Shown: positions 27,604 to 39,400, numbered from the stretch's first letter. The stretch: DNA of 64,000 bases from an uncultured Chloroflexia bacterium (GCA_963766735.1 CAVYBU010000003.1:224001-288000), one strand, 5' to 3'. Notes: generated from the sequence alone by a model not told the origin. Made by a program: numbers and translations.

Positions 27604-28617
27604 CTACCCGGCTGCCTCGATGATCGCCGCCGGCTCCCCTGCGCCCTTGACCGCAGCTCGCGCCGCGGCCAGCACCGTCTCGGCATCCACGCCGTCCTGC
27701 GGGAACCGGGCGACGCCCGCGCTGACCGTTACGGTCCGACCGTCAACGGCGTCCAGCCGGGCGATCCCGTCCAGCACCCGCCGCGCGACCGTGACGCCCG
27801 CGGAGCCCGGGGCGACCAGCACGAACTCGTCGGCGCCGGTGCGGGCGATCGTGTCCACGAGACGCACGGTCTCGGCGAGGATCGTCGCGACCTGGCGCAG
27901 GACCTGGTCCCCGGCCGGGGCGCCCGCGGCGACGTTGAGGGCCGTGAAGGCATCGATGTCGAAGACGGCAACGGAGACCTCGCTGCCCTGCCGCTGGGCC
28001 CGGGCCACCTCGAGCTCCAGGACGCGTGCCAGGGTCCGGTCGTTGGCAAGACCCGTCAGGCCATCGGTGTGGGTGATCCGCTGCAGCCACTCCGCCCGCT
28101 CGGACACCATTGACGCCAGCCGGAACGCGGAGATCGTCGCCGCGGCCAGGTCCGCGGTCCCGACCAGCAGCGCCTCCTCGTCCGTGTCCACGTGGTGGGT
28201 GCCTGGCCAGCCGAACGACAGGACGCCCACGCAGTACTCCGCCCCGCCGCCACTCGCGACGACCAGGGGCAGATCCGCGAACGTCATCGGCAGCCCATCG
28301 GGCGCCGTGCCGTCCCGGCCCAGGGATCCCGTGCGATCCAGCGCAGCGCGGCGGATCGGATGATCCGGGTCTCCGGAGACTTCCGCCGCGATGGCAGTGG
28401 CCCCCGCATCGTCGATGCCCAGCGTCACCAGCATCTCCAGCCCGTCGCGGTCCGGGTCATGGCCAAAGACGGCAGCGACGGGCGCCCCGACGGCTGTTGC
28501 CCCGGCCTGGACGATCACAGCCAGGGCGGTATCCAGGTCGGCTGCCCGCGCGAGCGCCGCGGCGCCGGCGGAGAGGACGGCGAGGGGGCCGCGATCGGGG
28601 ACGGTGGGTTCGGACAC
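27604..28617 (-). CDS. GAF + GGDEF-domain protein (variant GADEF motif)
   Basis: TDGLTGLAN, FDIDAF, GDQVL, ARTGADEF, TVSAGVA; start uncertain. Confidence 0.85.
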   Translation of the reverse strand: MSEPTVPDRGPLAVLSAGAAALARAADLDTALAVIVQAGATAVGAPVAAVFGHDPDRDGLEMLVTLGIDDAGATAIAAEVSGDPDHPIRRAALDRTGSLGRDGTAPDGLPMTFADLPLVVASGGGAEYCVGVLSFGWPGTHHVDTDEEALLVGTADLAAATISAFRLASMVSERAEWLQRITHTDGLTGLANDRTLARVLELEVARAQRQGSEVSVAVFDIDAFTALNVAAGAPAGDQVLRQVATILAETVRLVDTIARTGADEFVLVAPGSAGVTVARRVLDGIARLDAVDGRTVTVSAGVARFPQDGVDAETVLAAARAAVKGAGEPAAIIEAAG

Positions 28618-28775
28618 GTGTGCCTCCGCGTGCTGCTCGCTCGAGACCGGTCGCGGGATCGACCCGGGGCGTCCATCGCACCCGAGCGGCGCGATTGGGA
28701 TCGTACACCGGGCATCCATCCGGGTTCGGGTCAACGGGTGCATCGGGGTTGCGTCGGTGGGCTATCCTCCGCCTC

Positions 28776-29105
28776 GTGAAGCTCGTCGTGGCCATCGTGC
28801 ACAATGAAGACGCCCGCGCCCTTGTGGATGCCCTGCTCGAACGCGAGTTCCGGGCAACCCGCCTCAACAGCTCCGGCGGGTTCCTCAAGCAGTCCAACGC
28901 CACGGTCATGCTGGGCGTCGAGGACGACGAGGTGGACGAGGTCATGGGGATCGTCCGTGAGGCGTGCCATGCGCGTACCCAGATCGTGAACCCGATGCCG
29001 CCGATCATGGAGCCGGGCGAGTTCTTCATGCCGTACCCGCTCGAGGTCGAGGTGGGCGGCGCCACCGTCTTCGTCCTTCCGGTGGAGCGCTTCGAGCGCC
29101 TGTGA
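28776..29105 (+). CDS. darA: Cyclic-di-AMP receptor (DarA/PstA, PII-like)
   Basis: KLVVAIVH, SSGGFLK..N, VEVGGATVFV. Confidence 0.9.
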   Translation: MKLVVAIVHNEDARALVDALLEREFRATRLNSSGGFLKQSNATVMLGVEDDEVDEVMGIVREACHARTQIVNPMPPIMEPGEFFMPYPLEVEVGGATVFVLPVERFERL

Positions 29106-29113
29106 GGTTCTGA

Positions 29114-30046
29114 GTGAACCGCCTGATGCGCAAGGTCCTGCTCTGGTGCGCCCGCAGCCCCTGGCTGGGCGAGCGCCTCCCGAACCTTCCCTTCATGAAG
29201 CGGGCCGTCCACCGGTTCATGCCGGGCGAGGCGATCGAGGACGCTCTGGGCGTGGCGGTGGAACTCCAGGTGCTGGGGATCGGCACGCTGTACACGAAGC
29301 TCGGCGAGGCGATCACGGACGCGGTGGGGGCCCAGGCCGTGGCCGACCACTACCAGGAGCTCCTCGAGAGGATCAAGGCCGCGGAGATCGACGGTGAGAT
29401 CAGCGTCAAGCCCACGCAGCTTGGCCTGGACATCGACGAGGATGTCTGCTTCGGGCACCTGCGCGTGCTGGCCGCGGCGGCCGAGGCCCAGGGGACCTGG
29501 CTCTGGATCGACATGGAAGACAGCACCTACGTGGACCGGACGCTGGACCTGTACCAGCGGCTCCGGGCCTCGCACGCGAACACGGGCATCTGTCTCCAGG
29601 CCTACCTCCGGCGCACGGCGAAGGACGTGGAGCGGCTGCTGCCGCTCGGCCCGGCCATCCGCCTGGTCAAGGGCGCCTACGACGAGCCGCCGGCGGTGGC
29701 GTTCAAGACGAAGAAGGAGGTCGACGCCAACTTCCTCGGCCTTGCGGTCACCATGATCCGGGAGAGCCGGACCAGGCCGATGCGGGTGGGCCTGGGTACG
29801 CACGACGTGGAGCTGATCGAGCAGATCGCGACGCATGCGGCGGCGGCCGGGGTGCCGAAGGACGGGTTCGAGATCCAGATGCTCTACGGGATCCGGGCCA
29901 GGGAGCAGCGACGCCTGGCGCGTTCCGGGTACAAGGTGCAGACCCTGATCGCCTACGGCGCCGCGTGGTATCGCTGGTACATGCGCCGCCTGGCCGAGCG
30001 GCCCGCGAACGTGCTGTTCGCGCTGCGGCAGCTGCTCCCGGGCTGA
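29114..30046 (+). CDS. Proline dehydrogenase (monofunctional)
   Basis: SVKPTQLG, IDMEDS, QAYLRR, RLVKGAY, THD, YMRRLAERPAN. Confidence 0.94.
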   Translation: MNRLMRKVLLWCARSPWLGERLPNLPFMKRAVHRFMPGEAIEDALGVAVELQVLGIGTLYTKLGEAITDAVGAQAVADHYQELLERIKAAEIDGEISVKPTQLGLDIDEDVCFGHLRVLAAAAEAQGTWLWIDMEDSTYVDRTLDLYQRLRASHANTGICLQAYLRRTAKDVERLLPLGPAIRLVKGAYDEPPAVAFKTKKEVDANFLGLAVTMIRESRTRPMRVGLGTHDVELIEQIATHAAAAGVPKDGFEIQMLYGIRAREQRRLARSGYKVQTLIAYGAAWYRWYMRRLAERPANVLFALRQLLPG

Positions 30047-30141
30047 TCGCTCCAGCGCCGCAGGATCCGCGACCTGCGCGCGGTGGCGTGTCGGCTCACC
30101 GGTGGGTACGCTCCCGCCCCGGCGCGGTACGCTCCGCGGCG

Positions 30142-30720
30142 ATGGTCTCCCGGTTCGGCATCCTGGCCTCCGACGCGCCCGACGTCGTTGCGGCGTGGCG
30201 CGGCATCAACGCGGGCACTCCGATCAGCGTCCGCCGCGAGGTCCGACGGCGGGCCGGCGCGGGCAGCACAGAGCTGATCGTCCCGCAGCTGGCGGCGGTG
30301 GCGGCGGCGCTTGCGAGCGTCGTTGCGGCGCTGCCGGAGAGGGCGTTCGCCCTGCCGGGCGGCGAGGAGGACTGGAACGTCGCCCAGGCGATCGGGCACA
30401 CGGCGAGCGCCCGGGCGGGGCTCGTGACGGCGGCATCGCTGGCGGCTTCCGCCCGCTGGCCGGCAGATGCGCCGGTCGTCGTGCCCGGGGTGCCAGGCCC
30501 CGGCGGGGCCGGGCGTGAGGATCTCGTGCGGAGGCTGGCAACGAGCCAGCGGATCATCGAGCGCGCAGCCCGGAGCATCGCCGGTCACGAGACCGAGCCG
30601 TGCCCTCTGGACCATCCGCTCGTCGGGCGGCTCCGGTGCGGGGAGTGGCTTCTGTTCTCGGGCGTCCATGACCTGATGCACCTCGAGCAGCTCGAGGACC
30701 TGGAGGCCTCCCTGGCATGA
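30142..30720 (+). CDS. DinB superfamily protein
   Basis: WNVAQAIGH…HPLVG…HDLMHLEQL His triad pattern. Confidence 0.7.
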   Translation: MVSRFGILASDAPDVVAAWRGINAGTPISVRREVRRRAGAGSTELIVPQLAAVAAALASVVAALPERAFALPGGEEDWNVAQAIGHTASARAGLVTAASLAASARWPADAPVVVPGVPGPGGAGREDLVRRLATSQRIIERAARSIAGHETEPCPLDHPLVGRLRCGEWLLFSGVHDLMHLEQLEDLEASLA

Positions 30721-31250
30721 GCGTCCGCCCCGATCTCGTCGAGTGCTGGGTGTTCCGGGTCCTGCCGCCGGCGGATCCGTCGGATGCGCGCCCCGCCGCC
30801 GAACGCCTGGAGATCCTCCTGATCCGCCGGGCGCCTCACCGGATCTTCCCCGGCCTGTGGCAGTGCGTCACCGGTGGCGTGGAGCCGGGCGAGCGGATCC
30901 CGGCCGCGGCGATGCGCGAGGTGGTGGAGGAGACGGGCCTTGGCGCGGCCGACATCGAGGCCTTCTACGACCTGGACCAGGCCGCACCGTTCTACGACGA
31001 GGGCTCGGACGCCGTCGTCGTGAGCGCGATCTTCGCCGCCCGGGTTCGTCCGGATGCGGCCGCCCGTCCGTCCCACGAGCATGACGACATGCGCTGGGTG
31101 CCTGCGGCCGCGGCGCCGGGCCTCGCTGTCTGGCCGTCCTATGCGGAATCCGTGCGGCGCGTGCGGGACCTGCTGCTGGACCCGGAGCTCGCTCGCTGGT
31201 TCCTGCTGGACGCTGGCGGGCGGCGTGTCGCGCGGCGCCCGATGGCCTGA
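30717..31250 (+). CDS. NUDIX hydrolase (NudB-like)
   Basis: WQCVTGGVEPGERIPAAAMREVVEETGL Nudix box; EH..RW. Confidence 0.9.
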   Translation: MSVRPDLVECWVFRVLPPADPSDARPAAERLEILLIRRAPHRIFPGLWQCVTGGVEPGERIPAAAMREVVEETGLGAADIEAFYDLDQAAPFYDEGSDAVVVSAIFAARVRPDAAARPSHEHDDMRWVPAAAAPGLAVWPSYAESVRRVRDLLLDPELARWFLLDAGGRRVARRPMA

Positions 31251-31254
31251 CCGC

Positions 31255-32100
31255 TCAGTAGACCTCGGGGATGAACGTCTGCTCGTCCATCGGCGGGCGG
31301 ACGTAGCCGCGGTCCGGCTCCCGCGGCGGCAGGACAATCGGTTCCGGCGTCAGGTCCTCGTACGGGATCAGCGACAGCAGGTGGTGGATGACGTTGAGGC
31401 GGGCGCGCCTCTTGTCGTCGCCGGTGACCACGTACCAGGGCGCCTGCTTGATGTCCGTGTGGCGGAACATCTCGTCTTTCGCGATCGAATACTCCACCCA
31501 GCGCGTCCGCGACATCAGGTCCATCGGCGAGAGCTTCCAGCGCTTGGTCGGATCCTTGATGCGGGCCTGGAACCGGCGCTCCTGCTCCGCGTCGCTGACG
31601 GAGAACCAGTACTTGATGAGGATGATCCCGGAGCGGACGAGCATCCGCTCGAACTCGGGACAGGAGCGGTAGAACTCCTCTATCTCGGCCGCCGTGGCAA
31701 AGCCCATGACCCGCTCCACGCCGGCACGGTTGTACCAGCTGCGGTCCAGCAGGACGATCTCGCCGGCCGCGGGCAGGTGGGCCGCATAGCGCTGGAAGTA
31801 CCACTGGGTCCGCTGGCGCTCGGTTGGCGCCGGCAGGGCCACGATCCGGGCGACGCGGGGATTGAGGCCGAGGGTGATCGTCTTGATCGCCCCGCCCTTC
31901 CCGGCGGCATCCCTCCCCTCGAAGATCACGACCACCTTGAGGCTGCGCGCCTTGACCCACTCCTGCAGCTTCGAGAGCTCCACCTGGAGCTTCTGGAGCT
32001 CCCCCTCGTACACCTTTGCCGAGAGCTTTGGCCGCCCGGCATCGCCACGCTCGGCTGCCGCCTCTCCGGCTCGCTCCCCCTTCGCCCCGTCCCTGGCCAT
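31255..32100 (-). CDS. ppk2: Polyphosphate kinase 2
   Basis: FEGRDAAGKGG, DRSWYNRAGVERVMGF, WKLSPMD. Confidence 0.96.
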   Translation of the reverse strand: MARDGAKGERAGEAAAERGDAGRPKLSAKVYEGELQKLQVELSKLQEWVKARSLKVVVIFEGRDAAGKGGAIKTITLGLNPRVARIVALPAPTERQRTQWYFQRYAAHLPAAGEIVLLDRSWYNRAGVERVMGFATAAEIEEFYRSCPEFERMLVRSGIILIKYWFSVSDAEQERRFQARIKDPTKRWKLSPMDLMSRTRWVEYSIAKDEMFRHTDIKQAPWYVVTGDDKRRARLNVIHHLLSLIPYEDLTPEPIVLPPREPDRGYVRPPMDEQTFIPEVY

Positions 32101-32227
32101 CACGTCGTACCTCACCGCTGGTTTCGGGCCCACGTCACAGGATGCCCACCAGTATGGCGCGTGCCGCGCGCCGGGTAGACTGTGCCGACCCGCCGGAGGG
32201 CCCGCTGATGCGTGAGAGGAAGTGGCG

Positions 32228-33394
32228 ATGACCGAGACGCTGGCGAACCGCCGGATCTTCCGCTCCAAGGTGGATTCGATCCGCCCGACGTACGGGTTCG
32301 AGGATGTTTCGCTGGCCCCGGGCACCGATACGGTGGATCCCGCGGACGTCGTTCTCGCGCAGGACTTCTGCGGCATCCGCCTCGAGATCCCGGTCCTCGC
32401 GGCTGCCATGGACGCCGTCGCCGACGTGCGGTTCTCGGCCGAGCTGGCGAGGCTCGGCGGCCTCTCGGTCATCAACCTCGAGGGCGTGCAGGCCCGCTAC
32501 GAGGACCCGGCTGAGGTCCTGGACCGGATCATCGCCGCGCCGGACGACCGAGTGCAGGACGTCCTGGCGGAGGTGTACGCGACCCCGATCCGTGAGGACC
32601 TGATCGCCCGCCGCATCGGGGAGCTCCACGCTGCGGGCTCAAAGGCGGCGGTCTCGGCCACGCCCGGCGTCGCCCGCAGGTACGGGCCGCTGTGCGCGGA
32701 GCAGGGCGCAGACCTGTTCCTCCTCCAGTCGCAGGTCTCCTCCGCCCGGCACCTGGCCACGGGCTACGAGCCGCTCGCCCTCGCGGATTTCACGCGGTCC
32801 ATGCCCATCCCCGTCGCGGTCGGCAACACCACCAACGCGGAGGCGGCGTTCATGCTCATGGAGCAGGGAGCGGCGGCGATCTTCGTGGGCGTCGGCCCGG
32901 GTGCCGCGTGCACGACGCGCGAGGTCCTTGGGATCGGCATCCCGCAGGTCACGGCCATCGCGGACGTCGCCGCGGCCCGCGACGTATACCTCGCGGAGAC
33001 TGGGCGGTACGTGCCCGTCGTCGCGGACGGCGGCATGAAGAAGGGCGGGGACCTCGCCAAGGCGCTCGCGTCGGGCGCGGACGTCGTGATGCTGGGCTCT
33101 CCCCTGGCGCGTGCGTCCGAGGCGCCGGGTCGCGGCACGAACTGGGGCATGGCGGCGCCGTCGCCGGTCCTCCCGCGCGGCACGCGGATCCGGGTGGGCA
33201 CCTCCGGGCCGCTGGACCAGATCCTCAACGGCCCCTCCCACGTCACCGACGGGACCCAGAACCTGGTCGGCGCGGTGCGCCAGTCGATGGCGGCCCTGGG
33301 TGCGCGGACGATCGCGGACATGCATGGGGTTGAGATCGTCTATGCGCCCTCCGTGGTGACCGAGGGCAAGTCCTGGCAGCTGCGCGGCAGGTAG
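32228..33394 (+). CDS. GuaB3 family IMP dehydrogenase-related protein
   Basis: GVGPGAACTTR, ADGG, MLGS, WGMA; no CBS pair; adjacent to guaA. Confidence 0.9.
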   Translation: MTETLANRRIFRSKVDSIRPTYGFEDVSLAPGTDTVDPADVVLAQDFCGIRLEIPVLAAAMDAVADVRFSAELARLGGLSVINLEGVQARYEDPAEVLDRIIAAPDDRVQDVLAEVYATPIREDLIARRIGELHAAGSKAAVSATPGVARRYGPLCAEQGADLFLLQSQVSSARHLATGYEPLALADFTRSMPIPVAVGNTTNAEAAFMLMEQGAAAIFVGVGPGAACTTREVLGIGIPQVTAIADVAAARDVYLAETGRYVPVVADGGMKKGGDLAKALASGADVVMLGSPLARASEAPGRGTNWGMAAPSPVLPRGTRIRVGTSGPLDQILNGPSHVTDGTQNLVGAVRQSMAALGARTIADMHGVEIVYAPSVVTEGKSWQLRGR

Positions 33395-33469
33395 CGCCGA
33401 AGGGCCTGCGGGCGCATGCCGCGCCAGTAGACTCCGGGTACACGTTCGCACCACCCGCGGGAGGGGTCA

Positions 33470-35239
33470 TTGGCCGAACCGGACGAGGATCAGGAGCCCG
33501 CGCACGAGCCCGTGCGCGACCGCGGCAAGACCGTCCACGGGAATGCAGCCAACGCGGGCCACCGCGTGCTCGCGCCGGACGACGCCGAGGTCGAGGCCTA
33601 TCTCGAGGTGGCGCTCGACGCGCCCGCACCGGAGCGAACCCCGCAGGACCGCCCGCCGGCCGCGGCGACCACGCCGGAGCCCGGCGTCGTCGCCGTCCTC
33701 GACTTCGGCAGCCAGTTCGCCCAGCTGATCGCCCGCCGCGTGCGAGAGCTGCACGTCTACTCGGAGCTGCTGCCCCACGACACGCCGCTTGCGGAGCTCG
33801 AGGCTCGCGGGGTGCGCGCGATCATCCTGTCCGGCGGCCCCAACTCCGTCTACGACGAAGCCGCCCCCAGGGCGGACGCCTCGATCTGGAGTGGCCGGCT
33901 CCCGGTCCTCGGCATCTGCTATGGCGCCCAGCTGATGGCGCTGGAGCTGGGCGGGGACGTGATGCCGGCCGCCAGGCGGGAGTACGGGCCGGCCACCGTC
34001 CAGGTCACGAACGACGACGGCCTGTTTGCCGGCATCGATCGCGAGCAACCGGTCTGGATGAGCCACGGCGACTCGATCACGCGCCTCCCCGAGGGCTTCC
34101 ACGCCACGGCCCAGACCGATTCCACGCCCTACGCGGGTCTGGCTGCCCCGGAGCGCAACCTGTTCGGCATCCAGTTCCATCCGGAGGTCGTCCACACGCC
34201 GCGCGGCAAGGACGTGCTGCGCAACTTCGTGACGGAGATCGCGGGGATCGCGCCAGCCTGGACGCCGTCGAATTTCATCGAGACGACGGTCAACGAGATC
34301 CGTGACCGAGTGGACCGCCACGCCGCCAGGACCGGATCGGCCGGACAGGTCATCTGCGCCCTCTCGGGCGGGGTGGACTCCGCGGTGGCGGCGGCCCTCG
34401 TCCATCGCGCCGTCGGCGACCGCCTCACCTGCATCTACGTGGACCACGGGCTGATGCGCAAGAAGGAGTCGGAGCTCCTGCGCGTGACGTTCGAGGCCAA
34501 CCTGGGCATGCGGCTGATCATGGTTGACGCGCGTGAGCGCTTCCTCGCCCGCCTGGCCGGCGTCACGGACCCGGAGCAGAAGCGCCGGATCATCGGCGAT
34601 GAGTTCATCCGCGTGTTTGAGGAGGAGGCGGCGAGGATCGGCCAGATCGACTTCCTCACGCAGGGAACCCTGTATCCGGATGTCATCGAGAGCACGGCTC
34701 CCGAGACCAAGACCGCCCAGAAGATCAAGACGCATCACAACGTGGGCGGGCTGCCGGCGGACCTGCGGTTCCAGCTGATCGAGCCCCTGCGCTACCTGTT
34801 CAAGGATGAGGTACGGGTGGTGGGCGCGGAGATGGGCCTGCCGGATGCGATGGTCCAGCGCCAGCCCTTCCCCGGCCCGGGCCTGGCGATCCGCATCATC
34901 GGAGAGGTCACCGCGGAGCGGCTCGACACGCTGCGCGACGCGGACTGGATCGTCATCGACGAGATCAAGGCTGCGGGCCTGTATCGCAGCGTGTGGCAGT
35001 CGTTCGCCATCCTGACGCCGGTCCGCTCGGTGGGCGTCATGGGCGACAACAGGACCTACGCCAATGTCGTGGCCATTCGCGCCGTGACCTCGGAGGACGG
35101 TATGACCGCCGATTGGGCCAAGCTGCCCTACGACGTCCTGGGCAAGATCAGCAGCAGGATCGTGAACGAGGTCCCTGGTGTGAACCGGGTCGTCTACGAC
35201 ATCAGCAGCAAGCCGCCCGCGACGATCGAATGGGAGTAG
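33470..35239 (+). CDS. guaA: GMP synthase (glutamine-hydrolysing)
   Basis: [42 protein letters not shown]; start uncertain. Confidence 0.97.
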   Translation: MAEPDEDQEPAHEPVRDRGKTVHGNAANAGHRVLAPDDAEVEAYLEVALDAPAPERTPQDRPPAAATTPEPGVVAVLDFGSQFAQLIARRVRELHVYSELLPHDTPLAELEARGVRAIILSGGPNSVYDEAAPRADASIWSGRLPVLGICYGAQLMALELGGDVMPAARREYGPATVQVTNDDGLFAGIDREQPVWMSHGDSITRLPEGFHATAQTDSTPYAGLAAPERNLFGIQFHPEVVHTPRGKDVLRNFVTEIAGIAPAWTPSNFIETTVNEIRDRVDRHAARTGSAGQVICALSGGVDSAVAAALVHRAVGDRLTCIYVDHGLMRKKESELLRVTFEANLGMRLIMVDARERFLARLAGVTDPEQKRRIIGDEFIRVFEEEAARIGQIDFLTQGTLYPDVIESTAPETKTAQKIKTHHNVGGLPADLRFQLIEPLRYLFKDEVRVVGAEMGLPDAMVQRQPFPGPGLAIRIIGEVTAERLDTLRDADWIVIDEIKAAGLYRSVWQSFAILTPVRSVGVMGDNRTYANVVAIRAVTSEDGMTADWAKLPYDVLGKISSRIVNEVPGVNRVVYDISSKPPATIEWE

Positions 35240-35293
35240 CGCGTAGGTGTATCGGGGGATAGCAATGGGAGACCCGAGGCCGACAATGCGCAC

Positions 35294-35842
35294 ATGGCTG
35301 ATCCGATGACCGGCCCGATCACCAGCTGCCCGTGGTGCTCGGCCGAGCTGTCCATTCCGGGCGTGGAGCTCTGCCCCGCCTGCGGGGCGGCATTGATCAG
35401 CAAGTCGGGCGTGGCCGACCCCGAGATCAAGGGGGTGACCACCCTGGACACGGAGGCCATCCTTCGAGCCCGGGCCGAGGTCGCCCGACCGAGGAGCCGG
35501 TTCCTGTCATTCATCACGGGTGAGGCGCCTGCCGAGACGGCCGCTCCGGCCAGCTCGGAGTCACTGGCCCGTCCTTCGGCAGATGTGCGCCGCGAGATGC
35601 TGCGGCTGGAGCTGGAGGCGCGGCAGACCGAGCTCGACGCGGAGACGATCGCTCTCAAGTCGGACGTCCTCGCCCGCGAGGGGATCAACGTGTCGGAGTT
35701 GGGCGGCGTGCCCGAGGAAGCGCCCGCGACCGAGGCCCCGCAGGCGAGTGAGGCTGCGGCGGCCACCGAACTGGCGCCCGCCACCGAGAGTGCGCCGGCG
35801 CCGGAGGACGCACCCAAGGCCGAGGTCCCGCCCGAGACCTGA
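35294..35842 (+). CDS. Hypothetical protein with N-terminal zinc ribbon
   Basis: CPWC…CPAC, coiled-coil-like segment and acidic tail. Confidence 0.7.
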   Translation: MADPMTGPITSCPWCSAELSIPGVELCPACGAALISKSGVADPEIKGVTTLDTEAILRARAEVARPRSRFLSFITGEAPAETAAPASSESLARPSADVRREMLRLELEARQTELDAETIALKSDVLAREGINVSELGGVPEEAPATEAPQASEAAAATELAPATESAPAPEDAPKAEVPPET

Positions 35843-35871
35843 TCAGGTCGCGCCCCGGTATCCTCCCCTGC

Positions 35872-36330
35872 GTGCCCGAACGCCTGCCGCATCCCGGTCC
35901 CTCGTTCCTGCGTGAGCAGGAGGTTCGCGTCGGTGACCGCCGTCTTGCGGCGGGCATGGCCAAGCCCGCGGATGGCCCCGACGACTGGTGGCTCGCCGTG
36001 CTCTGGGTGGCCGACGCCGAGGGCATCGTCAGCTTCCGCGAAGTCGCGCCGCTCTCCGGACCGCCGCCCGAGCCACCCCTTCAGCGACTGGGTCCGGTGC
36101 TTGCAGGCTCCCTCTCGGGGCTCATCCGCGAGGAGGATGGGCGCCTGGCGATCCGCCTGACCCCGCTCGTCCCGCCCGAGGACGACACCCGTCCGTGGCG
36201 ATGCCCGCTCGCGATCCGCACCGCATTCCGCTGGGAGCCGGCCCTCGCGACCACGATGCGCCCGAACCAGATCGCGGACCAGGTGCTGACCGGGTTCCGG
36301 CGCGCGGTGGAGTCGCTCCACCGACCCTGA
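35872..36330 (+). CDS. Hypothetical protein
   Basis: Protein-like ORF with TATCCT 7 nt upstream of the GTG. Confidence 0.65.
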   Translation: MPERLPHPGPSFLREQEVRVGDRRLAAGMAKPADGPDDWWLAVLWVADAEGIVSFREVAPLSGPPPEPPLQRLGPVLAGSLSGLIREEDGRLAIRLTPLVPPEDDTRPWRCPLAIRTAFRWEPALATTMRPNQIADQVLTGFRRAVESLHRP

Positions 36331-36480
36331 GCGTGCGGTTCAGGAGGCCAGTGGACAGGCCCGGTGGGCCGAATTCAGCCACAGTCGACGAAGGACGACC
36401 GGGCCCCACGACGGGTTCGCGGGGGTCTGCCCGCCGCACCCGGCTGGCCCATGACGCCCAAAGCGCCTAGACTCGACATG

Positions 36481-39400
36481 ATGAGCAACATGTTCGATGA
36501 CTTCCTTCGGGAGCTGGAGCGCCGCCGGTCCGAGGCCGAGGGCCGCACCCCAGGCCAAACCCACGACGATGACGAGGCCGGCGCCGAGAGTGACGGCGAG
36601 GCCGAGATCCTGGACGACGCGGCCGACGGCGAAGTCGCCGACGATGCCGACGCACGTGCCGGGGACGACGCCGGTGATGACGAGCCCGTCCCCCTGCGGC
36701 CGCGTGGCCAGGGAGCCGGTGGCCCGCCTCGTGGCTCCGGGCCGGGTCGCCCGGTCGGAGGTCCCGACGACGGTGCCGGCTCCCTCACTTTCGGTGGGAT
36801 CATGCGCCGGATGGGCGTGGCCGCATTCATCGTCGTGGCTGCGGTGGTCGTCCTTCTCGTGGGGTTCGGCGTCGATCTCTGGACGGACGCCATCTGGTAC
36901 AAGAGCGTCGGCTTTGACGGCGTGTTCTGGACGCGTATTGGCGCCCAGGCGCTGCTGTTCGTCGGGGGCCTGCTCTTCGCGCTGGTGTTCCTGCTGGCAA
37001 ACCTGTGGCTCGCCGGGCGACTGATCCCGCCCGTGGACCCGGAGCGGCCCGGCCGTCTCCGCGAGATGGCCGACCGGCTCACGGAGGCCCAGCGCCAGTC
37101 CGAACGCGGCGCCCGCATGGGTGGTGGCCAGGGCGGGCTCGGCGGCCCGTTCGGCTCAGGTCTCCGCACCGGACGCAGCGAGGGGGGCACCTTCAGCTTC
37201 GAGGTCGACGACATCCCGGACCTCACGCCGCTTGCGGCGTGGGCCATCGGCGGCTTCGCTCTCCTCCTCGCACTCGGCATCGGTGGTGCGATCTCGGGCG
37301 CCTGGGACACTCTCCTGCTGTGGGTGAACCGGGTCCCGTTCTCCGCGACGGAGGTCGTGACGGACCCGGTGTTCGGCAGGGACATCGGCTTCTTCCTGTT
37401 CGAGCTGCCCTTCTTCCGCCTGGTCCAGGCGTTGCTCAACGGGCTCCTGCTCGCCGCGCTGGCCGTGGCCGGGGCGCGCTACATCATTGCCGCCACCCGC
37501 GGCGGCGAGGTGTTCGTCACCCGCGTCCGCGTCCACCTGGCAGTGATCGCGGGGCTGTACCTGCTCTCCGTCGCGTTCGGCTACCAGCTGGACAAGTACG
37601 AGCTCGTCTACAGCCAGGCTGGCGTCGCGACCGGCGTCTCCTACACGGATGCGAACGCCCGCTTCATGGCCTATGACGTCCTGACGTTCCTGTCCGGGAT
37701 CGCGGGCGCGCTGCTGATCGGTGCCGCGTTCACGCGCTGGGTCTGGCCCCTCGGCCTCGTGGCGGGCGTGTGGTTCGCGGCGTCACTGGTGCTCGGCACC
37801 CTGTACCCGGAGTTTGTCCAGCGGTTCTCGGTTGATCCCAACACGTACGCGCAGGAAGAGCGCTACATCGGGAACAACATCGCGATGACCCGTCTCGCCT
37901 ACGGCCTGAACGCATGGGAGGCACGGGACTACTCCGGCAACCAGCCGTTGACCGAGGCCGCGATCCGGGCGGAGTCGGACACGTTCACCAACGCCCGGCT
38001 GTGGGACTACCGCCCCCTCGAGAGCACGCTGGACCAGCTCCAGGTCGTGCGCCAGTACTACGACTTCGTGGACGTGGACACGGATCGGTACATGGTGGAT
38101 GACACGCTGCGGCAGGTGATGCTGTCGGGCCGCGAGCTGGCCATCGAGAAGAACACCGAAGCCTCGAGCTGGGTCAACGCGCGGATCATCTACACGCACG
38201 GAATCGGCCTCGCCATGGTCCCGGTGAACGAGGTGACACGGGAGGGCCAGCCGAAGCTCTGGGTCCGGGACCTGCCCCCCATCTCGTCCGACGGCGCTCC
38301 CGAGATCTCCCAGCCGCGCATCTACTTCGGCGAATTGGACGACCACTACGTCGTGGTCCGCGCCCGCCAGTCCGAGTTCGACTACCCGCGCGGATCCGGC
38401 GAGGGCAGCATCGACGAGACCACCAGCTGGACCGGGACGACCGGCGTGCCGATGGACTCCACCCTCAACCGGCTGCTGTTCGCCCTGCGGTTCAAGGACC
38501 TGGACCTCCTCATCTCGGACCAGCTCCTGGCCGAGAGCCAGCTGCTGTTCCACCGCACGCTGTCGGCGCGGTTGAGTCGCATCGCACCCTTCCTGCTCTA
38601 CGACAAGGACCCGTACCTCGTCATCGACGACGCCGGGAACCTCGTCTATGTCCAGGACGCCTACACCTTCAGCAACCAGTTCCCGAATGCGTCCGGGTTC
38701 AGCACCGGCGACCTTGGGTCGGGATCCGGCCTCGCCGGCGTCAACCTCAACTACATCCGGAACAGCGTGAAGATCACCATGAACGCGTACGACGGCTCGC
38801 TCACGTTCTACGTCGCCGATCCGTCCGACCCGATGGTGCGCGCCTGGCAGGGCATCTTCCCGACGCTGTTCCGGCCGATGGCGGACGTACCGGCCGAGAT
38901 CATCGGTCACGTCCGCGTCCCCGAGGAGATGTTCAACGTCCAGACGCGGATGTATGGCCAGTACCACGTGACCCAGCCGCTGACGTTCTTCAACAACACG
39001 GACCGCTGGACCGTCCCGGAAACCCAGACCAACGAGCAGAGCCTTCCGTCGGAGGCCTACTACGTGGTCATGCGCATGCCGGGCGAGCCAACAGCGGAAT
39101 TCCTCCTCCTCCAGCCGATGATCGCCAGGAGCCGGCCGAACATGATCGCCTGGGTGGCCGCCCGCAACGACGCGCCCAACTACGGCACGGTCCGCGCCTA
39201 CCAGTTCCCGTCCGACACCACGATCTTCGGACCCGCCCAGATCGAGGCGCGGATCGACCAGGACCCCATCATCAGCGCCCAGGTCACGCTCTGGAACACG
39301 AGCGGCAGCCGGGTCATCAGGGGCAACCTGATCGTTGTCCCCGTGGGCGACGCGCTGCTGTACCTGCAGCCGGTCTACCTCCAGTCCACGTCCTCGGCCT

